A stretch of DNA of 64,000 bases, taken from assembly GCF_044704955.1 (NCBI RefSeq), contig NC_091999.1, positions 65,410,001-65,474,000 on the forward strand, read 5' to 3'. Below the pieces are notes generated by a model. The model worked only from the letters and a program-made list of their open reading frames with translations. It was not told the DNA's origin and ran no database searches. The position numbers and the translations under genes were made by a program. This stretch comes from Pristiophorus japonicus (lineage: Eukaryota). Shown here in pieces: positions 1-13,993 of this stretch (position 1 is the first letter of the stretch; every line of letters starts with the position of its first letter).

Positions 1-1650
1 TGCCCACTCACTTATCCTGTCTATGTCCTTTTGCAGAATGTTTGTGTCCTCCTCACGCATTGATTTTCCTCCTACTTTTCCATCTTTGTATCATCAGCAA
101 ACTTGGCTACGTTACACTCGGTCCTATCTTCCAAGTCGTTAATATCGATTGTAAAATGTTGGGGCCCCAGCATTGATCCCTGTGGCAGCCCAGCAGTTAC
201 TGATTGACAACCCGAGAATGAACCATTTATCCCGACTCTCTGTTTTCTGTTAGTTAGCCAATTCTCTTTCCCTGCTAATATATTACCCCCAACCCCGTCA
301 TATTTGATATTGTGCGATGACATGTTACGTGGCACTTTGTCAAATACCTTCTGGATGTCCAAATATAACACATCCATGGTTCCTCTTTATCCACCCTGTT
401 TGTTACATCCTCAAAGAATTCCAGCATAATTGCCAAACCTGACTTTCCCTTCATAAATCGATGCTGTTTCTGCCTGACCGAATTATCCTTTTTCCAATTG
501 TCCCGCTACTGTTTCCGTAATACTCGACTCCAGCATTTTCCAAATGACAGGTGTTTGGATGATTGATGCTTTTATCTGCCTCCTTTTTTAGATAGGGCTT
601 TACATTTATGTTTTTCCAATCTGTAGCGACCGCCCCAGAATCCAGGGAATGTTGGTTGATTAGAACAAAAATATCCACTATTTCTGCAGACAGTTCTCTT
701 AAGAACCTAACATTTAAGCATCAGGTCCAGGCGACTTCTCCACCTTCAGACCCATTATTTTACCTAGTACTACTTCATTAAATAGTGATTGTATTAAGAC
801 CCTCACTCCCAATAGCCTCTTGATTATCCACTATTGGTATGTTCTAGTGCCTTGTACAATGAAGACCTACACAAAAAAATGTCAGTTTCTCTGCAATTTC
901 CCTGTTGTCTATTATTAAGTTTCCAGTCGTCTTGTCCTCCAGCGGCCAACATTTACTTTAGTCACTCTTTTCCTTTTTTTGTAGCTGTATAAAGTCTTAC
1001 TCTCTGTTTTGATATTTCGTGCTAGTTTACCTGAATAATATATTTTCCCTCACTTAATTATTTTTATTCTTTTTTTTCTGGCATTAAAAATGTCCCAATC
1101 TTCTGGCATCAGACTTGTCTTGACCGCATTGTATTCCTTAGTTTTCAATGTTTTACCCTGCCTTATTTCCTTAGTTAGCCAGGGATGGGTTTCCCTTCTC
1201 TTGCACTCTTTCTTTCTAATTGGGTTATATCTTTCTTGAGAGTTATGAAATACTCCTTAAATGTCTGCCACAGCTCATGAGCCATCCAACTGTTTAGTCA
1301 ATTGTCCCATCCACTTTAGCCAACTCTGCCCTCATACCTCTGCAGTCTCCTGTATTTAAGCTTTGGACCCTGGTTTGTGAAACAATTTTCACAGCATCCA
1401 AATGAATTTGAATTCCAACCATATTATGGTCGCTCATTCCTGGAACTTCGTTTACTACGAGATCATTTATTAATCCTGACTCATTATACAGATCTAAGAT
1501 AGTTTGCTCCCTGGATGGCTCCACAACATAAATCTCAAGGAAATTATGCCGGATACACTGCATGAACATCTCCTCAATGTTACCCTGGCGAATTTGCTTT
1601 GCCCAATCTATTTGGAGGTAAACATCACTCATGTTTATTGCTGTTCCTTT
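1..1650 (-). mobile_element. Decayed CR1-clade LINE ORF2 fragment (endonuclease end to RT)
   Basis: Minus ORFs give LDIQKVFDKVP, GLPQGSMLGP, KFADDTK (72-377) and SDHNMV (1294-1632); many stops and frameshifts. Confidence 0.9.
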
Positions 1651-1829
1651 ATTATAATCCTCAATTATCTCTTGATTTATACTCCATCAAAAAGTGTAAC
1701 TACTGTTCGGGGGCCTTCAGACTACGCCCACTAGCAACTTTTTCCCTTTATTGTTCCTTATCTTCACTCAAACTGAATCAACACCTTGATCCTCTGATTA
1801 AATGTCATTTCACAATAAGCCTGAGGATT

Positions 1830-2330
1830 GTGAGGTTTTTAGCATTCAGCAAAGGAGGACCAAAAATTGAATTAACAAAGGGAAAATAGAAAATGTGATT
1901 AAAGTAAAGGAGACATAAAGCAGGTTGTAAAAGCTTCGACAGATATGGAAAAAGGAAAAGATTAGCGAAACAAAACGTGGTTCCCCAATAGGCTGAGAGA
2001 GGAGAAATTATAATCAGGGAATAAGAAAATGGCAGTGAAATTAAACAAATACTTTGTGTCTCTGTTCATGAATAAAGATATAAAAAAAACTCCCGGAGAT
2101 AATCGAGAACCAAGGGTTTAGCGAGAATGAGGAACTGAAAGAAATTAATACGTTTAAAAAAAAAGTACTGGAAACATTAATGGGACTGAAGCCGATAAAT
2201 CCTCTGCATCTGATGACCTGCATCCTACAGTTTTGAAAGAGGTGGTTATCGAGATAGTGGATGCATTGGTTTTCATCTTCCCAAATTCCATAGATTCTAG
2301 AACGGTTCCTGAAGATTGGAAGGTAGCTGG
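1830..2330 (+). mobile_element. CR1 LINE ORF2 fragment
   Basis: EIVDALVFIFPNSIDSRTVPEDWKVA, a CR1 motif just before the RT core. Confidence 0.85.
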
Positions 2331-2599
2331 TGTTTCTCAGTCAATCTCAGTCTGGAAGATATCTGGCTTTTATCCTACTCTCTCTCTCAGTCTTTCGCTC
2401 TCTCAGGGAAATATATATACACTGAGTATTGTCGCTCAGTTCCCTCTCCCTCAGGAAGATACTGTCACACAGTTATCCGACTGTCATCAGATTTCAATGT
2501 GACGCTCAATTGTTATATTCACTTTGTTTTACAGTTTTGAAAACCCTCTCTGTAAATTATTCTTCGTGAAATTGTTAATAAATCTGGAATGGCAAATTG

Positions 2600-4560
2600 A
2601 CTAAGTTGGACATTTTGCTGAATTACTTTCTCCGAGGCTCATCCGCACCGTTGCATTTAACCTGCAGTGAGAGTTGCGGTCCAAAATACGGCATTTCGAT
2701 ACAGTTGCACTTCCGGTTCTAATAGCAACTTCTTATCTCCAACTGACTCGAGACAGAAATAGGACTGAATGGAGAATCGAGCAATTCTAGAATGACGATG
2801 AATGATGACGATAGTGCATAGTAATAGACTCAGAAACTGCACAACACTGGTGACGCCACATTTGAAAGAATCAGCTCATGTTTGGTGACCTAATTATGAA
2901 GAGAATATTTAATATAGACATATCGATTCTTTAATGTCTAACCAGGCAAGTGGCAGAGTACTGATGAGAAATGTGAAAAGCTAGAGCTGCTTTTGCTGCA
3001 ACACTGCAAATTTTATCTAGTTTTCGAAATTAAGAAGACTTTTAGAGTACAAATAGCGTGCATTAATAGGTGTCGACGTCAGCAGGCCGCAGTTTGAAGG
3101 CGGTTGAAATAAAGATGGCTTTTGTGGTGTCCAGTGCAGCGGAGAAACGGCTTCGAGCAAAATCCGCTTTAATTTGGTAACCGCCTGAAAGGTTGCGGAC
3201 TATAAACTCGGGTTCTCTGCCAGCATATTGGCGGGGCTACATTAAGTGATAGGGACACTTGCTGGTCTAATAGATACAGTCTAAATTTATAATATTTCCT
3301 TCTCTCCAAATCACTGTCGGAAGCCGCTGTCTGACAGAGATTTCCTGGCTCAGACCTGCAATAAATGCAAACCAACGTCAAAAAATAAACAAATTTTAAT
3401 TTCAGAGGTGACCCCAAACCGCGTCCCAGAACAAGTACCTGTAAGGACTGCTCCAAGTACAGCGCAGGGAGCGATTAACCGATTGCTACTCCGCCGTGTG
3501 TTTATTACCTTTGTAGCACCTGGAAAGTGGAACGAATTGGCTGCTGAAACAACCCGCATGGATGATCGGTGATCGCGCTCCAGTGTCCCTCCACGTGTGC
3601 ATCGAGTCTCTGGGGAAAGCACGGCCGGCAGTTGGCAGCCTATGACAAAAGGAATATTCCAACTGCACAAACCGCAACTTCAAAAAGGCCAAACATGACA
3701 GGGATTTTATTCAGAAGGAAAGAGCGAATGGTTCTAGGGCATCAATTTACAATGTCGTGATTCATTCTCAGTGTTTGAGTGTGAGCTTGCTGAAATCACT
3801 TACACTGCTCCAAAATATGAATTTTCAAATTAGGTTATTTAAAAATAGACCATTAAAGTTCACTAATTTATTCTATATGAAACAGCGTATAGTTGAGTGC
3901 AGCTGAAAGTAGTAATTTAGACGGTATATTTGAATAAATATTGAGCCATTCCTTGGTGTTAGGTCCATGTGATGCACCAGGAGTTTTAGGGTCATTGGTG
4001 AATTTCACGAAAAGTAAACAATTCATATCTAAATAACGGTATTTCCCCTGTAGATAATTCGGTTATATTTTTAATTTGCCACATGTTCATCTGGACCTTT
4101 TTTTTTGTATTTACCTGCGAAATTATTCCTACAAAGAATTAAGCGCGTTTTTCAACGTGATAAAGCTTCTCTGAACAACCATGCACCTTAACAGGGTTTT
4201 ACCCTTTGAGGTTATGTTCAATCCATTTGTTGGCGTCGAGTTGCTGCTGCTTTAGCCATTATTGAAAGGTCACTTTCGAATACCGAGGAAGACAGCATTT
4301 CCAATAATTCAAAAACATTTCCATATCTGTCATGTACAGGAGTCAGTTTCCTATGCAATCGGTGCAGTTCTGTTACACAGGAATCTCTTGGTTATATTGG
4401 TTTCCATAGGTTTCACGTAAGAATATCGTCCAGTCTGAACGCATGCGATAGGAATACGCGTTGGAGACCCAACTGAATTTTTCAACAACTAATAACCTGA
4501 CAATGCGGTCCCAGCTGTTATTGACAATATATGATCCAAGCTTCCCCCACTTTTTATTTC
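2600..4560. other. Unassigned degenerate coding-like segment, possibly retroviral gag-like (+) then env-like (-) relic
   Basis: Non-LINE, non-satellite sequence with broken frames. Minus strand 3780-4560 gives Cys- and sequon-rich pieces such as YVKPMETNITKRFLCNRTAP. Identity is inference only. Confidence 0.25.
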
Positions 4561-4799
4561 GGTTATTCTTTTTTGTTTAACATTATATCAAATGGCCTCT
4601 TTGTTGCATTCCAGCTCACAAGTCACCAGAACCTGGTCGGAGATAAACACATCCAATCAGATTGTAAATGCATGTCTTGGGCCCACGACGGACAGCACCG
4701 CGGTATCCAGCTTTATGGTATAATTGATTGTTCTTCCCATTCTCCTTGGCCCAGTCATGGTATTGGGTATTACTGGGAACTCACTGCACTGTGGCATAT

Positions 4800-5542
4800 T
4801 CTCGAGCCTGCTGCAACATTTAATAAAATCATGGCTGATCTGGTACTTCAGCTCCACTTTCCTGCACTGTCTCCCTATCCCTTAATTCCCTTCATATCCA
4901 AACATCCATTGAACTCTGTCCTGAATATACTAAAAGACTGAGCCTCCATAGCGCTCTGCAGTACAGAATTCCAAAGTTTCACCACTCAATGAGGGAAGAC
5001 GTTTTTCTCATTTCAGTCCCGAATGGCTGACCCCTTATTCTGTGATTGTGACGCCTGGTTCTAGAATCCCCAGCCGGAGAAAGCATCCTCCCTGCATCTA
5101 CCCTGTATAGTCCTGTGCGAATGTTGTATGTTAAATGAGATCACCTCTCATTCGTCTAAACTCTAGAGAACATAGGCCTAGTCAACTCCATCTCTCCTCA
5201 CAGGACAATCCCACCACCCCATAAATCAGCCTGGTGATCCTTTGTTGCACTCCCTCTATGGCACATATATCCTTCATATTTGAGTAGACCAAAACTGCAT
5301 ACTGTACTCCAGGTGCGCTCTCACCAGGACCCGACATAATTGCAATAAGATGTATTTTCTCTCATACTCAAATCCTATTGTATTAACCGGGAACATACAA
5401 TTTGCTTTGTAAATTGTGTCATGTACGTGCAAGTTAACATTCAGTAATTTGTGTAGAAAGACTTGCCTCTGAACATCAACATTTCCCAAACTCTCACCAT
5501 TTAAAACATATTCTGCTTTTCTATTTTTCCGACCAAAATGGA
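4800..5542 (-). mobile_element. CR1 LINE 3' fragment
   Basis: HFGRKNRKAEY...LVRAHLEYSMQFWS, followed by 3' UTR-type sequence. Confidence 0.85.
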
Positions 5543-8500
5543 TAGAAACATAGAAAGAAACATAGAAATTTACAGCGCAGAAGGAGGCCATTTCGACCCA
5601 TCGTGTCCATGCCGGCCGGCAAACAGCCGCACCGCCCTTCGTCAGCAGCCAGAAAGGTTACAAACAAACCCATGAACAATAACATAAAAGCATGTAACAT
5701 CCAGCCCAACCAATCCGCCCCACATCACTGCAACACAACTCTTACGAACAACATCTACACTTCACCACAACTGGAGCCATGTGATCTCCTGGGAGAGGCA
5801 AACAACAGATAAGAACCCAGGCCAATTAAGGGAGAAGAAATCTGGGCAAATTTCACTCCGACACATCCAGGCGATCGAAACTAGTCCAAGAGAACACCCT
5901 GGCCGTGTTCTATTCCCTGATGTACTCACCATTATATCTGCACCGACCAACAAGAGGGCATCTAGTCTAACCACAATTACCAGCTCTAGGTCCGTAACGC
6001 TGGAGATTACGGCACTTTAAGTGTCCGTCCAACCACCTCTTAAAAGTAGTGAGGGTTTCCGCATCCACCACTCTTCCAGGCAGCGAGTTCCAGATCACCA
6101 CAAACCTCTGTGTAATGAATCCTCCCCTCAAATCCCCTCTAAGCCTTCCACCAACCATCTTAAAAGTATGCCCCCTCGTAATAGCCCCCTTCGCCAATGA
6201 AAATTGACCCTTACTATCCACTAAGTCCAGGCCCCTCAAAATTTTGGACACCACGATGAACTGTCCTCTCAACCTCCTTTGTTCCAATGAGAACAAACCC
6301 AGCCTATCCAATCGGTCCTCATAACTAAGATTCCCATTCCAGGCAGCATCTTAGTAAATATCCTCTGCACCATCTCTAGTGCAATCACGTCCTTCCTATA
6401 ATATGGCAGCCAGAACTGCACGCAGTACTCCAGCTGTGGCCTAACTTAAATATTATACAATTTAAGCACAAGCTCCCTGCTCTTATATTCTATGCCTTAG
6501 CCAATAAAGGCAAGCATTCCGTTTGCATTCGAGAAACCTTATCCATGTGACCTGCCACTTTCAGGGATCTGTGGACACGCACTCCAAGATCCCTTTGTTC
6601 ATCTACACTATTAAGTGGCCTGCCGCATAATGTGTATAGCCTATCCTTATTAGCACTCCCAAAATGCATCACCGCGCACTTCTCTGAATTAAATTCCATT
6701 TGCCACTGCTCTGCCCACCTGACCAGTAGATTGATATCCTTCTGCAGCCCATGACTTTCCTCTTCATTATCAACCACACAGTCAATCTTAGTGTCATCTG
6801 CAAACTTCTTAATCATACTTCTATATTCAAATCTAAATCTTTCATTTATACCACAAAAAGCAAGGAACCCAGCACTGTGCCCTACGGAGCGCCACTGGAA
6901 AATCCTTCCAATCACAAAAACAATCATCAATCATTACCCTTTGCTTCCTATCACAAAGCCAATTTTGAATCCAACTTGCCAGCTTGCCCTGGATCTCATG
7001 GGCTTTAAACTTCATGGCCAGTCTACCAGGCGAGACCTTATCAAAACCCTTGCTAAAGTTGATCTATACTACATCGCTTGCTCTACCCTCATCGATCCTC
7101 TCGGTTAGCTCCTCAAAAAATTAAATCAGGTTAGTCAAACACTATCTCCCCTGAACAAATCCATGCTGAATATCACTAATTAATCAATTCCTATTCAAAT
7201 GCATATTTATCCTGTCTTTCAGAAATGTTTCCAATAATTTTCCCATCACTGACGTTAGGCTGACAGGTCTGTAATTACTCGGTCTATCCCTTTTTCACTT
7301 CCTAAACAAGGGTACTACATTAGAAGTCCTCAAATCCTCCGGCACCATGCCCATATGCACAAAGTAATGCAAAATGTTGATCAAGGCCGCTACTATATCC
7401 TCTTTTACTTCGCTCAACAACCTGGGATGCATTTCTTCCGGGCCTCGGGACTTATCTACTTTAAACGCTGCTGACCCCTTTAATACTTCCTGTCTCACTA
7501 TATTTATTTCATCCAGAATATCACACTCCTCCTCTACAGCAAATCTCCATTACCTGTTTCCTTTTTGAAAACAAATGAAAAGTATTTGTTAGGATCCCTA
7601 CCAACGCCTTCCACCTCCTGAGGAAGATTATCCTCATGTTCTCTACTAGGCCCTATCCTTGCCTTAGTTACCCCCTTAATATATATACAGAACATCTTAG
7701 GGGTTTCCTTAATTTTACTGGCGAATAATTTCTCATGCTCTCTCTTAGCATTGCTAATATCCTTTGTTTAAATTTTAACTCTTATCTTTCTATATTTTTC
7801 TAAAATTATAAAGTATTTCGCCATTGATGTGACATAAGCGTCCCTTTTTTTCTTAATCCTCCCCTGTAATTCCATCTACATCCACGGGGTACCAGAATTA
7901 TTTTTACCAGCTTTTTTCTTTACGTGTACATATTTGTCCTGAAACTTTCGGATGGCTTCCTTGAATGCCTCCCACTCTTCCAACACCCATTTACCCACAA
8001 GTAGCTGCTTCCAGTGCACTATGGCCAAATCACTTCTTAATTTAGCAAAATTAGCTTTTCCTCAATTCAGAAATATTATTCCAGGCCTATACTTATCATT
8101 ATCCATAATCAACTTGAATCTGAATGAATTATGGTCACTGGCACCCAAATGCTCCCCCACTAATACCCCTTCGACTTGCCCAGCTTCATTCCCCAAAACT
8201 AAATGCAATACCGCCCCCTCTCATTTTGGGATTGGTACATACTGACAAAAAAAGTTCTCTTGAATGCATTTCAAGAATTCCGCACCCCCTATACCCTTCA
8301 CAATAAATTTGTCCTAATCAATATTTGGATTGCTAAAATCCCCGACTATTAACAACCCTATGGTATTTAGACTTCACAGCAATTTGCCTACATATTTGTT
8401 CCTGTATCTCCTCCCACTGTTTGGGGGTCTATAATACACTCGCAGCAGCGTGATCACCGCTTTTTTATTTTTCAATTCGACCCATATGGCCTCAGTTAAT

Positions 8501-9480
8501 GATCCCTCGAACAAATCAACCCTCCTCACCGCTGTAATATTTTCATTAATTAGTACCGCAACCCTCCCGCACCCAGCCCCCTTTTACCCCTCTCTCTATT
8601 TTGTCAAAAAATCCTGTCGCCAGGTATATTAATCTGCCAAACCTGTCCCTCTTTCAGCCAAGTTTCTGTAATGGCTGTAATGTCATACTCCCAAGTGTCT
8701 TCCTGTGCGCTTAGCTCATCCGCCTCACTCACTGATGTTATGTATTTAACCCCTTGTAACCTGTATTACACCACCACCACAGTGCCTACCTTTTGAAGAC
8801 CAAAGGGATCCCAGCATCCCTTTGAAGCACGGTATATTAGCCTGCAACCCACGAGGTGCCTGCACTCTGGATTCTTATTAAAGGAGCTAAGCTCACAATT
8901 GGTCATTGTACACAGTACTCAGTTTCATCCTTTATTATGAATGTATCAGCTATACTCCTTGCATTAAATTATATACCATTCAGCACCGGAAGATCTCCTT
9001 GTTACTACATACTAAGTCCTGTTTCCTCTGTCTTACAAATTCGCATGCTAGATTCTTGCTATCCAACTCCTACTTTACTTCATTCCCTGTTGAATTCGTT
9101 CTCAGGTTCCCACCCCCCTATCAGGTTAGTTTAAACTCACCCCAACTGCACTAACAAATCTCCCTGAGAGGATATTGGTCCCGGTGCTGTTGACGTGTAA
9201 TCCATCCGTTTTGTACAGGTCCCATCTCCCCCAGAAGTGGTCTCAATGCCTCAAGAATTTAAGGACCTTCTTTCTACACCAATTTTCAAGCCACGTGTTC
9301 ATCCTCTTTATCCTTCTATTCTTGTACTCATTAGCACGTAGCATCGGTAGTAACCCGCAGATTACTACCTTTGAGGTCCTACCTTTTAATTTTCTTCCTA
9401 GCTCTCTAAATTCTTCCTGTAGGGCCTCATGCCTCATTTTACCTATGTCGTTGTTGCCGATATGGTCCACGGCATCTACT
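5543..9480 (-). mobile_element. Long decayed CR1 LINE (ORF1 esterase C-terminus, ORF2 APE-RT, 3' UTR with (TTTCTATG)n tail)
   Basis: 9243-9470 HIGNNDIGK...VVICGLLP (CR1 ORF1 SGNH esterase-like); 6490-6930 KFADDTK...WAEQWQMEFN; 5967-6311 LFSLEQRRLRG...WNSLP; CATAGAAA repeats at ~5543-5568. Confidence 0.9.
8736..8948 (+). mobile_element. Solo LTR (~213 bp) inserted in the CR1
   Basis: Starts TGTTATG, ends TGTATCA, has TATA-like and ATTAAA motifs, and interrupts the CR1 sequence. TSD not clean. Confidence 0.55.
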
Positions 9481-9889
9481 TGTTTACCCTTCCCCCTCCC
9501 TTCCCCCCCCCCCCAACCAGGATGCCCCGCATCTGCTCTGTGGATATTATACGAGCATGAATATAAGATTGGTTAATGGACAGAAACATAGAGTAGGATT
9601 AAACGGGTTATTTTGGGTGGGCAGGCTGTAAGTAATGTGTCGGTGCTTGGGCTCCAGCTAGTCATAAACTACATCAATTATTTTTGTGGTGCCCTACTGT
9701 AATATATCCAATAGCTTCACATTTCTCCATATTATATTCCATTTGCGATGTTCTTGCCCATTCAGTTAGACTGGCTATATCTCATTGAAGCGTCTTTGCA
9801 TCCGCCTCACACATTACATTCCCACGAACTTTGTTTCTTCCGCAAACTTGGACATATTGCAGTTGGGCCGCTCAGAAAATAGTTGATAT

Positions 9890-11235
9890 TAAGGATATGA
9901 TAGCAGCGCATTGGTAAAGAGGTGACATGATAGGTCCAAGTCAGCCTGGATTTGTAAAAGGAAAATCAAAATTGACAAATCTTCTAGAATTTTTTGAGGA
10001 TGTTTCCAGTAGAGTGTACAAGGGAGAACCATTTGATGTGGTGTATTCCGACTTTCAGAAAGCTTTCGACAAGGTCCCACACAAGAGATTAATGTGCAAA
10101 GCTTAAGCACATGGGGTTGTGGGTAGTGTGCTGACATGGATTCAGAACTGGTTGGCAGACAGGAAGCAAAGAGTATGAGTAAATGGGTACTTTTCAGAAT
10201 GGCAGGCAGTGACTAGTGGTGTAGCGCAAGGTTCTTTGCTGGGGCCAGAGCTGTTTCCATTGTACATTAATGATTTAGACGAGGGGATTAAACACAGTAT
10301 CTCCAAATTTGCGGATGACACTAAGTTGGGTGGCAGTGTGAGCTACGAGGAGGAGGCTATGAGGCTGCAGAGTGACTTGGATAGGTTAGGTGTGTGGGCA
10401 AATGCATGGAAGATGACGAATAATGTGGTTAAATGTGAGGATATCCACGATGATGGTAAAAACAGAGAAACAGATTATTATCTGAATGGTGACAGATTAG
10501 GAAAAGGGTGGGTGCAACGAGACCTGGGTGTCATGGTACATCACAATTGAAGTTAGGCATGCAGCTACAGCAGGGGTTTAAGAAGCAAATGGCATGTTGG
10601 CCTTCATAGCGAGTGGATTTGTGTACAGGGGCAGGGAACTGTTACTACAGTTGTACAGGGCCTTGGTGAGGCCACATCTGGAGTATTGCACGCAGTTTTG
10701 TTCTCCTAACTTGAGGAAGCACATTCTTGCTGTTGACGGAGTGCAGCAAAGGTTCACCAGACTGATTCCCGGGATTGCAGGACTAACATATCAAGAACGA
10801 CTGGATCAACTGCGCTTGTATTCACTGGAGTTCAGAAGAATGAGAGAGGAACTCATAGAACATTCTGATGGGTTTAGACAGGTTAGAGGCAGGAAGAATG
10901 TTCCCAATGTTGGGGACGTCCAGAACCAGTGGTCACAGTCTCAGGTAATGGGGTAAGCCATTTAGGACCGAGATGAGGAGAAACTTCTTCACCCAGAGAG
11001 TGGTGAACCTGTGGAATTCTCTACCACAAAAGTTGTTGAGGCCAATTCACAAAATAAACTCAAAGAGAAGTTAGATGTAATCCTTGCTGCTCGAAGGGTC
11101 AAGGGGTATGGCGAGGAAGCTGGAATGGGTTACTGAAGTTGCATGTTCAGCCATGAACTCATTGAATGGCGGTGCAGGCTCGGAGGGCCGAATGGCCTAC
11201 TTCTGCACCTATTTTATATGTTTCTATGACTATGA
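9890..11235 (+). mobile_element. CR1 LINE RT and 3' end
   Basis: SGVAQGSLLGP...KFADDTKLGG; LVRPHLEYCTQF; 3' tail ATGTTTCTATG. Confidence 0.9.
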
Positions 11236-11239
11236 TATT

Positions 11240-12470
11240 GAATATGACGAGCTGGGGCCAAGCACCGACCAAGTAGTTACAGCTTGCCCACCCGAAAATG
11301 ACCCGTTTATTCTAACTCTATGTTTTCTGTCCGTCAACTAATCTTATATTTATGCTAGTATAATTCCCCCCAATCCCATGAGCCATATTTTGTTTAGCAA
11401 TCTCTTGCGTGGCATATTATTGAATGCCTTCTGAAAATCCAAATGTACAGCAATCACTGCTTCCCCCTTATCAATTCTAGCAGATTTATCCAACATGATT
11501 TCCCTTTCATAAATCCGTGTTGACGTTTGCACAATAAACCTATTATTTTCTAAGTACCTTGTTACAGTCCTTAATAATATATTCCAGCATTTTCACTCAG
11601 ACTGATGGCAGGTTTACTGTTCTCTCTCCATCCTTCCTTAAATAGCGGGTTTACATTATCTACCTTCCAATCTGTGGGAACCGTTCTAAACTCTATGGAT
11701 CATTGGAAGATGACAACTAATGCATCCATTATCTCTATGGCCATCTCTTTCAACACCCTAGGATGTAGGCCATCAAGTCCAATGGATTTATCTGCTTTCA
11801 GTCGCATTAATTTCTCCCTTACTGTCTTTTTACTAATATTAATGTTTTTCAGTTCCTCATTCTCGCTGCACCCTTTGATCTCCAATCTTTCCGGGGGGCG
11901 GGGGCGGTGGTGTCTTCTTCCCTGAATACAGACACAAAGTATTTGGTAAATTTCTCCCCTATTTCCTTATACCCCATGATAATTTCTCCTTACTCAGCCT
12001 GTAATGGGTTCACATTTACTTTCGCTCATCTTTTCTTTAATTACATACCGATAGAAGCTTTTACCATCTATTTTAATGTAACTTGCTCATTTTTTCTCAC
12101 AATCTTTATCACTCTCTTTATCAATTTCTTGGTCCTCCTTTGCTGAATTCTAAAATCCTCCCAATCCTCAGACTTACTGCTGTTTTTGGAAACATTCTAA
12201 GCATCGTCCTTTGATCTAATATCATCTTCAACTTCTCTCGTGACCCACGGTTGGACCACTTTTCCTGTGGGAGTTTTGTGCACTCAAGGAATGTATGTTT
12301 GTTGTAATTTATGTATTAATTCTTAAAATGGTAACCATTGCTTCTCTACTGTCAGAGCTATTAATGCAGTTACCCAATCTACCTCAGATGATAGCTACAG
12401 CTGTACACTTTCACGTTGGTGCGTTTTGGGATTTAAAACGACATTTGTCAATCTAACTATCACTTTATGT
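11240..12470 (-). mobile_element. CR1 LINE ORF2 fragment
   Basis: LDFQKAFNNMP; DGLHPRVLKEMAIEIMDALVVIFQ. Confidence 0.85.
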
Positions 12471-12554
12471 TACGAGTATTTCTGTCAGTATAAGATGTGG
12501 ATTGAAAGTTTAGAGAAACACAGAGCGAAGGTTTAAAGGACACTGGCGGATACT

Positions 12555-12800
12555 TGGGGTGATGTTCAGTGTGTTCACCGAGATGGCATCAGAGGGAATG
12601 GAACAGAGCTGAGAGATTGGATTCCTGGGGTGATGTTCTGCGAGATGGTATCAGAGGGAATGGAGCAGAGCTGGCAGTAATTATGCTCAATGGGTTCAGG
12701 GAGATGGTATGAGAGGGAATTGAGGAGAACACGTAGAAAGGATCCCTGGGGTGATGATTGATTTCAGGCAGATGGTATCAGTCGGAATGTCGGAGAGCAG
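12555..12800 (+). repeat. Degenerate tandem repeat, ~60-70 bp unit, ~4 copies
   Basis: Recurrent GAGATGGTATCAGAGGGAATGG and GGGGTGATGTT. Confidence 0.65.
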
Positions 12801-13284
12801 GGAGAAACACCGTCCTCGAAAAAAGAGATAGAGATTCAGGGTTAATGTCTGATCATCAGAATGGAGAAGTGGTTAATTTGTTGCTGCGGCCACTTATTTC
12901 CTCAGTCTCTGTGAAGCATTTGGACCCGGGTCAGCTTTACAGGGTCGAATCGTAAACAAATCATACATTCTACTAGTACCCTTCCCGAGCGGAGTGTTCC
13001 ACTCGTACACTTGGCCAGATTAAAACTAAAATGATTTGACATCTTTATTTGATTTTTCATTCTATCACACAGTCTGTATCTAGGGCGCCCACCGGGCAGA
13101 AGGCTGTAAATATACCTGCAGACGCCGCGTGATCCCTCATCTTCTCTCTCTCAAATACTGTCTCTCCACCTTTCGTCTCTTTCTTCGGTATCTATGTGTG
13201 TCCAATGGAGACGTTCGACTGAGTGGCTGTGTGTCAGATAGGTCTTTGGGAATCATTCCCAGGGGGTTTGTGCACCCTGTGTGT

Positions 13285-13430
13285 CTGGGAGTGTTTGATG
13301 GGTCAGTGTAGAGCGAGTTTTCCTCTTTATCTCACCTGGGCTAAACGTGCTCTGAGAATGTTTGATGGGACAGTGAAAGGAAGATTTAATCTATCACGTG
13401 CGATACTGTATCAGAATGGTATCAGTACTG
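13285..13430 (+). repeat. 67-bp satellite family fragment
   Basis: GGGAGTGTTTGATGGG-CAGTG units; the same family occurs at 27880-28210 and 43510-43780. Confidence 0.7.
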
Positions 13431-13586
13431 TACGGTAATGGATCAGAAAGATGCTCCTTATTATAAGCTGACACGTGAAAAACAATAATATTAGAGGAGA
13501 CCGCATGGTGCGCCTGTTCGCTATGCAGTCATTCCGCCCCTGTAGCATGACATGTAAAGGCAGGGGAAATGTGTCGTTACTCTGGT

Positions 13587-13605
13587 AGGACACTAGATGG
13601 CGCAG
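13587..13605 (+). promoter_or_regulatory. Candidate CTCF-binding site 3' of the IgM gene
   Basis: AGGACACTAGATGGCGCAG; core CACTAGATGGCGC fits the CTCF consensus CCACYAGRKGGCRC except for the first base. Confidence 0.6.
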
Positions 13606-13987
13606 TGTCTCCTTAACCAAACGTAATTGAATTGAAGCAGAACCAAGACAGGACGGGTGGAAAATACCTGTCAGGGAAATAGAACAAAGTGTGATAGGGA
13701 CAATGGAATGTTGTGCAGCAGCCTTGGAGAAAGGAATTCAGCAAAGTCCAATTCATTCCGTTTGCCATTTGCAGATGTATTAACAATTTAACAGAGAAGA
13801 ACGTACAGAGAAGTTAAAAAAAAGTTAACACAAAGTGAATAGAACAATTGAGCGACACATTGAGAGCAGAACACATGCGATCTGAGTTGCCAGCTATCTG
13901 TACAACTGTAACTTACACCAGAGAGAGAAAACAAGCGCTCAACATAAAGGGAAGGGAATAATTGTAAATTTGGAATGAGAAAAATGA

Positions 13988-13993
13988 TTTATT
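13988..13993 (-). terminator. Poly(A) signal for the membrane IgM transcript
   Basis: AATAAA on the minus strand ~230 nt after the TM2 stop. Confidence 0.65.

Noticed and set aside
4531-4941. 136-aa plus-strand ORF
   Set aside because: Runs into the antisense of a CR1 3' end and has no recognisable domain.
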